Source: Bacteroidales bacterium
GTDB lineage: Bacteria > Bacteroidota > Bacteroidia > Bacteroidales > VadinHA17
Assembly (NCBI GenBank): GCA_024763075.1
Contig: JANTGF010000002.1
Coordinates: 7,831 to 71,830, forward strand
Direction: 5' to 3'
Length of the DNA: 64,000 nucleotides
In this document: in pieces, positions 63,863 through 64,000 of the stretch
Layout of the letters: each line of letters begins with the position of its first letter
Position numbering within the stretch: position 1 is the first letter of the stretch
Notes under the pieces: model-generated
Databases searched by the model: none
Seen by the model: the letters and a program-made list of their open reading frames with translations, nothing else
Told to the model about the DNA's origin: nothing
Program-made: the position numbers and the translations under genes

Positions 63863-64000
63863 GAATGCAAATTAATAGTTAAAGCTTTCTTTTATTTTAG
63901 TGCATATCAAAGTTGCCGCTTCACACAAATTGGAATATTTTGTAAGCGCTAATTTACAACTTAATATTGAAAACGCTATTATGGAGATTATATTTTAGCC

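Noticed and set aside
1-64000. Mobile elements, rRNA/tRNA genes, prophage or defence-system genes
   Set aside because: No transposase, integrase, recombinase, RT, nuclease/ATPase defence signature or cloverleaf-like tRNA sequence was recognised in any frame. The only R-M trace is the 40-codon remnant at 51073..51195.

Overview
The window looks like a Bacteroidota-type chromosome segment. Support: seven T9SS C-terminal sorting domains, TAnnTTTG -7 promoter boxes, many lipoprotein signal peptides, and AT-rich intergenic DNA. All family calls come from reading motifs in the supplied translations by eye; no searches were run.

Left ~37.5 kb: an unusual pectin-type polysaccharide utilisation locus.
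- It encodes three PL1-like pectate lyases, a GH105/GH88-type unsaturated uronyl hydrolase, two esterases, a GH20 hexosaminidase, a decayed GH27 gene and a CotH-like protein.
- It also encodes a 1250-aa non-catalytic array of five LamG domains.
- Two large TonB-dependent transporters are present. Each is followed not by a SusD-like lipoprotein but by a beta-helix protein with a T9SS sorting tail. The two transporter/partner pairs form a convergent mirror-image pair.
- A LacI-family regulator gene sits inside the locus.
- Seven copies of a CG-centred 14-bp palindrome (consensus TGTGCACGTGCACA) lie at fixed spacing upstream of -7 boxes in five promoter regions. This defines a compact putative regulon.
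- I consider this LacI-wired, T9SS-dependent, SusD-less uptake and degradation system the most interesting content of the window.

Right ~26 kb:
- Housekeeping-type genes: an AmmeMemoRadiSam radical SAM enzyme, a CPA2 antiporter, an M14 peptidase, an MscS channel, a DUF1003 protein, the M3 peptidase Dcp, a phosphoesterase and an HD protein.
- Two clusters of Gfo/Idh/MocA oxidoreductases, xylose-isomerase-like TIM barrels and DUF1080 proteins, several with Tat signal peptides. One cluster includes a DoxX membrane protein.
- A ~650-bp stretch of gene remnants.
- Two perfect 26-nt GC-rich palindromes that differ by a compensatory base-pair change.

I saw no rRNA, tRNA, CRISPR array, transposase or integrase.
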